The notes beneath the pieces were generated by a model, which searched no databases, was not told where the DNA came from, and saw nothing but the letters and a program-made list of their open reading frames with translations. Source: a virus. Taken from it: 64,000 nucleotides of DNA. This document shows, piece after piece, positions 61,299-64,000 of this stretch. The translations under genes and the position numbers were made by a program. Positions within the stretch are counted from its first letter, which is position 1; each line of letters opens with the position of its first letter. The stretch is taken from positions 1 through 64,000 of IMG/VR virus record IMGVR_UViG_3300021960_000048. One strand, 5' to 3'.

Positions 61299-63508
61299 TG
61301 TACCACCCTGTTCCTTCTAACACGGTCTAACATGTCCTCGATTAAGTGAAGTCCTTTGTCAGTGATGTCTGTTAGGTTCTTTACAGATAAGTGGTGTTCG
61401 TAGTATTGATGTACTGGAGAACCGCAGATTCCTAGAGCGAATAATTCTACGCCTCTTGGTGGATTTGCTGCTACGATAGATAAGTCCTCTGAAACAGAGC
61501 GACCGCTCGGAGATGGGCCGGCGGGCGAGCCGTCAGAGATTGTAAAGACCATGTTAGCCGCAACGTCTGATGGCATTTCTGCTAGTCTGTTGTAACACCA
61601 GTTAACCGCTCTGCCGTCGGAGTTTTCTGCTCCAGTTGAAGGCAATGCGATAGCCGCTTTTGTGCGGTTGTTTAGTGGTGTATTGTATAGTTTGTTGATT
61701 GCGATTTGAGTACCGCCTTGAGTACCGTAGTCGTACTCAGATGAGAAGTCAACTACTTCACAATTGAAACCTAGTCTGTGGAATACTTCATGGAATATGA
61801 TTGAAGCATTTGCAGCGTGGTGAGCCGCAGAAGTACCCTTAGTGTAAACATTCTTACTGTGTCCACCCATTGAACCGGATGCGTCCACTAGAATGATTAC
61901 GTTTGCTGTTGGGTCGTCTTGTACGTTTCTCTTCTTGAATAGGTTGCGAGATTGACCGTAGCGAGATAGTCTGCGAGTGTCGAGTTTGCCTCTGCGTAGT
62001 TGGTTGTTCCAACGTGTGTCTAGCCCTGCTAATTTCCTTTGGTATAATTCTACTAGAGTAGTGATTGAGTCCTCGTACTTTGCTACTATGTTGTCATAGT
62101 GTTCTGATGCTTGGTCGATGTTGTCAGCGTCGCCGTTTACTCTGTAGCCAGTGCGAGTTTCTCTAGTGTCGAAGAAGTCAACTACTTTCATGAAATGACC
62201 GAACTCGTCGTTGCCGCCGATTACTTCGTCAATTCCTGTGTATGCTTCGTACTTCTCTTCGTTGTAGTCTGCTTCGTCGTGCAGAGATATTAGGTCGTCA
62301 GTCTCGACGCACTCTAGTGCTTCTCTGATGATTGTGTCCATGTCAACCATTTCACCGTTGCTTGTGATGATGGTGTTTGAACCTCTACCGCCATAACCTG
62401 CAAGTCCGTCTTTGTCTTGAGCGCCGTCCATGTGGTCAGCATTTACTTCGGTGTCGTCGTAGTCGTCTAGTTCGTTACCCAACTCACTCTCGCCGAGTTC
62501 GACACCAACTTCTTTGCCTTTGCCTTTGCCAGTTGATTCACCTTCTCCTTCGCCCTCTGAGTCGCCCTCTGAGTCGCCCTCTGATGCTGATGCACCTTCG
62601 CCCTCTGCTGTAGGCATAGGAGCGGCCTTAGCGTCCTCTGCTGTAGGCATTTCCATGTCGTCAAACCTTACTGGACTAACGTCTTCTGCTTTGCCACCGT
62701 CTCCGCTGCATTGCTTTGCTGCTGCTTCTTTTAATGAGTCCTCTGTGTGAGAGTCCATAGAGTCCATAGAGTCGGATTCTGAATTGTTTGCTACTGGGAA
62801 GTGTTCACGTAGTTTGTTTACAACTCTTCTTGCTTGGCGGATAACTTCGGATGTGTTTGGTTGCTTGATTGCATTTTGATACAAAGGACGTACGTCGTCA
62901 ATGCAAGCAACTACTTCTTCGTTGGTGAACCAATGTGGAGTATTGGAAATAGTTTCAGACATGATTGCGGTCATTACTGCTGAAAGTTTGTCGTCGTCTG
63001 TTTCGATAGTTTTCTTAGCCCAGTGAGCCATGTGCTGTTGTGTGTAGTAGTGGTTGGTCAAAGCAACTCTCTTACCGCTACCTGCGAAGTCTTGTGAAAG
63101 CAAATGGTTGATTCTTGTGTCCTCTAAGATGTTAACCATGTCCGGCATTAGTCTGTCTTCTTTGCCACTGTTTACTTGTTGGATTAGAGAATGCCATGCG
63201 TTGAAGTCAGTGTAGCGAAGATGCCCTGCTGCTTCGTGGGCTAGGATTGCTTCTTGAGCAATTAGATTCATTGCTTCGTCGTTCGGTACTGCTTCTAACG
63301 GGACCCACACTGTACTGCCGTCAGTACATGCTCTACCATATGGGTCTAAGATAACTTTAGTTGCTTCTGCTCCACCTGCTCCGTATTCACCGGATAGGAT
63401 TCTAGCGACTTGTGCTAGTCTGCGCTGCCTTGCTCTAGCCCTAAACTGTTCGTCATTTGCTTTGCCTGTTATACTGGTCATTGGGTTGTCCATTGTCATG
63501 TTGCTCAA
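61295..63508 (-). CDS. CobT-like vWA protein with N-terminal metallopeptidase-like domain
   Basis: AHEAAGH...NILEDTRI, acidic linker, RGKLDTRRL, LVDASGSM (MIDAS), TISDGSP. Confidence 0.88.
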   Translation of the reverse strand: MSNMTMDNPMTSITGKANDEQFRARARQRRLAQVARILSGEYGAGGAEATKVILDPYGRACTDGSTVWVPLEAVPNDEAMNLIAQEAILAHEAAGHLRYTDFNAWHSLIQQVNSGKEDRLMPDMVNILEDTRINHLLSQDFAGSGKRVALTNHYYTQQHMAHWAKKTIETDDDKLSAVMTAIMSETISNTPHWFTNEEVVACIDDVRPLYQNAIKQPNTSEVIRQARRVVNKLREHFPVANNSESDSMDSMDSHTEDSLKEAAAKQCSGDGGKAEDVSPVRFDDMEMPTAEDAKAAPMPTAEGEGASASEGDSEGDSEGEGEGESTGKGKGKEVGVELGESELGNELDDYDDTEVNADHMDGAQDKDGLAGYGGRGSNTIITSNGEMVDMDTIIREALECVETDDLISLHDEADYNEEKYEAYTGIDEVIGGNDEFGHFMKVVDFFDTRETRTGYRVNGDADNIDQASEHYDNIVAKYEDSITTLVELYQRKLAGLDTRWNNQLRRGKLDTRRLSRYGQSRNLFKKRNVQDDPTANVIILVDASGSMGGHSKNVYTKGTSAAHHAANASIIFHEVFHRLGFNCEVVDFSSEYDYGTQGGTQIAINKLYNTPLNNRTKAAIALPSTGAENSDGRAVNWCYNRLAEMPSDVAANMVFTISDGSPAGPSPSGRSVSEDLSIVAANPPRGVELFALGICGSPVHQYYEHHLSVKNLTDITDKGLHLIEDMLDRVRRNRVVQ

Positions 63509-63549
63509 GCCTTGGGACTAGGTATGCCTATATGAATGCTTGCCTTTAG
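63509..63549 (-). promoter_or_regulatory. Degenerate class-1-like promoter
   Basis: CTAAAGG-CAAGCA-TTCATATAGG... 28 nt before TTG-AGC-AAC (MSN). Confidence 0.45.
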
Positions 63550-64000
63550 ATGTTTGAGGTATGTATGGAGTTTTACGATAGTTAGTGGTTCTACTTCGTA
63601 GTAATTTCACGTTGTCCCAAGATACCATACTAAGGTCGTCCGTAAGCCAAGCCTTTGAATGTAGAAGGTGAGTTTCGTTTACAACATTTGGATTCTCGTC
63701 ATTGTATAATGCACCTTTCAAAACTGCGATTGGATGTACTGTTTGAGAAGCGTGATGAAGTCCTGTAAGGATGGCCTTAGTTACATTAGGTTCAACGACT
63801 CCGTTCGTTACAGAGCCAGTTCCAAATGAGAGTAATTCATTCTTAGCAGTGAGCCAAGATTTACATGTAGTTGAGATTGATTCAATAGCGGTTTCGCTAC
63901 GCTTTAATCCGAGATGAAGTGATAGGTTTCTAAGGTATTCAGATAACTGTTCTTTAGTTGGTGCATGATGATAGGTATGCTTTGCCTGTTTACGGATGTT
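63518..64000 (-). CDS. Hypothetical protein (5'-partial)
   Basis: The frame of the 63518-63721 track ORF stays open to the window end. Confidence 0.6.
   Translation of the reverse strand, partial: NIRKQAKHTYHHAPTKEQLSEYLRNLSLHLGLKRSETAIESISTTCKSWLTAKNELLSFGTGSVTNGVVEPNVTKAILTGLHHASQTVHPIAVLKGALYNDENPNVVNETHLLHSKAWLTDDLSMVSWDNVKLLRSRTTNYRKTPYIPQTSKGKHSYRHT

Overview
This window is part of a tailed dsDNA (HK97-fold, siphovirus-like) virus genome of about 43% GC that infects an archaeon. The host is most likely a marine Thermoplasmatota/Poseidoniales (Marine Group II, magrovirus-like); that assignment is inferred from gene content, not from a database search. Almost all genes are on the minus strand, and most units start with an archaeal TATA-like box about 29-31 nt before the start codon, implying leaderless or near-leaderless mRNAs. 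Left to right: (1) glycan- and DNA-modifying enzymes (WbdD-like methyltransferase-kinase, C5 DNA methyltransferase, sulfotransferase) and three collagen-like fibre proteins; (2) an archaeal-type replication/recombination module (ERCC4 nuclease, fused PriS-PriL primase, clamp-like protein, PD-(D/E)XK nuclease, 2OG-Fe(II) oxygenase, ATPase, SSB, MCM-like and DinG/XPD helicases); (3) a structured non-coding junction; (4) tail genes with a plus-strand GroES-GroEL pair inserted; (5) head and packaging genes; (6) a vWA/metallopeptidase gene. Most notable signals: about 10 dispersed 'promoter + small orphan gene' cassettes sharing a palindromic ATATAAC-N6-GTTATAT site that overlaps the TATA box; a candidate 174-nt multi-junction ncRNA; a CCCUUUA -1 frameshift site followed by an H-type pseudoknot in the tail chaperone gene; a scaffold gene nested in the protease gene with its own promoter; and a possible collagen-fibre glycosylation/capping toolkit.
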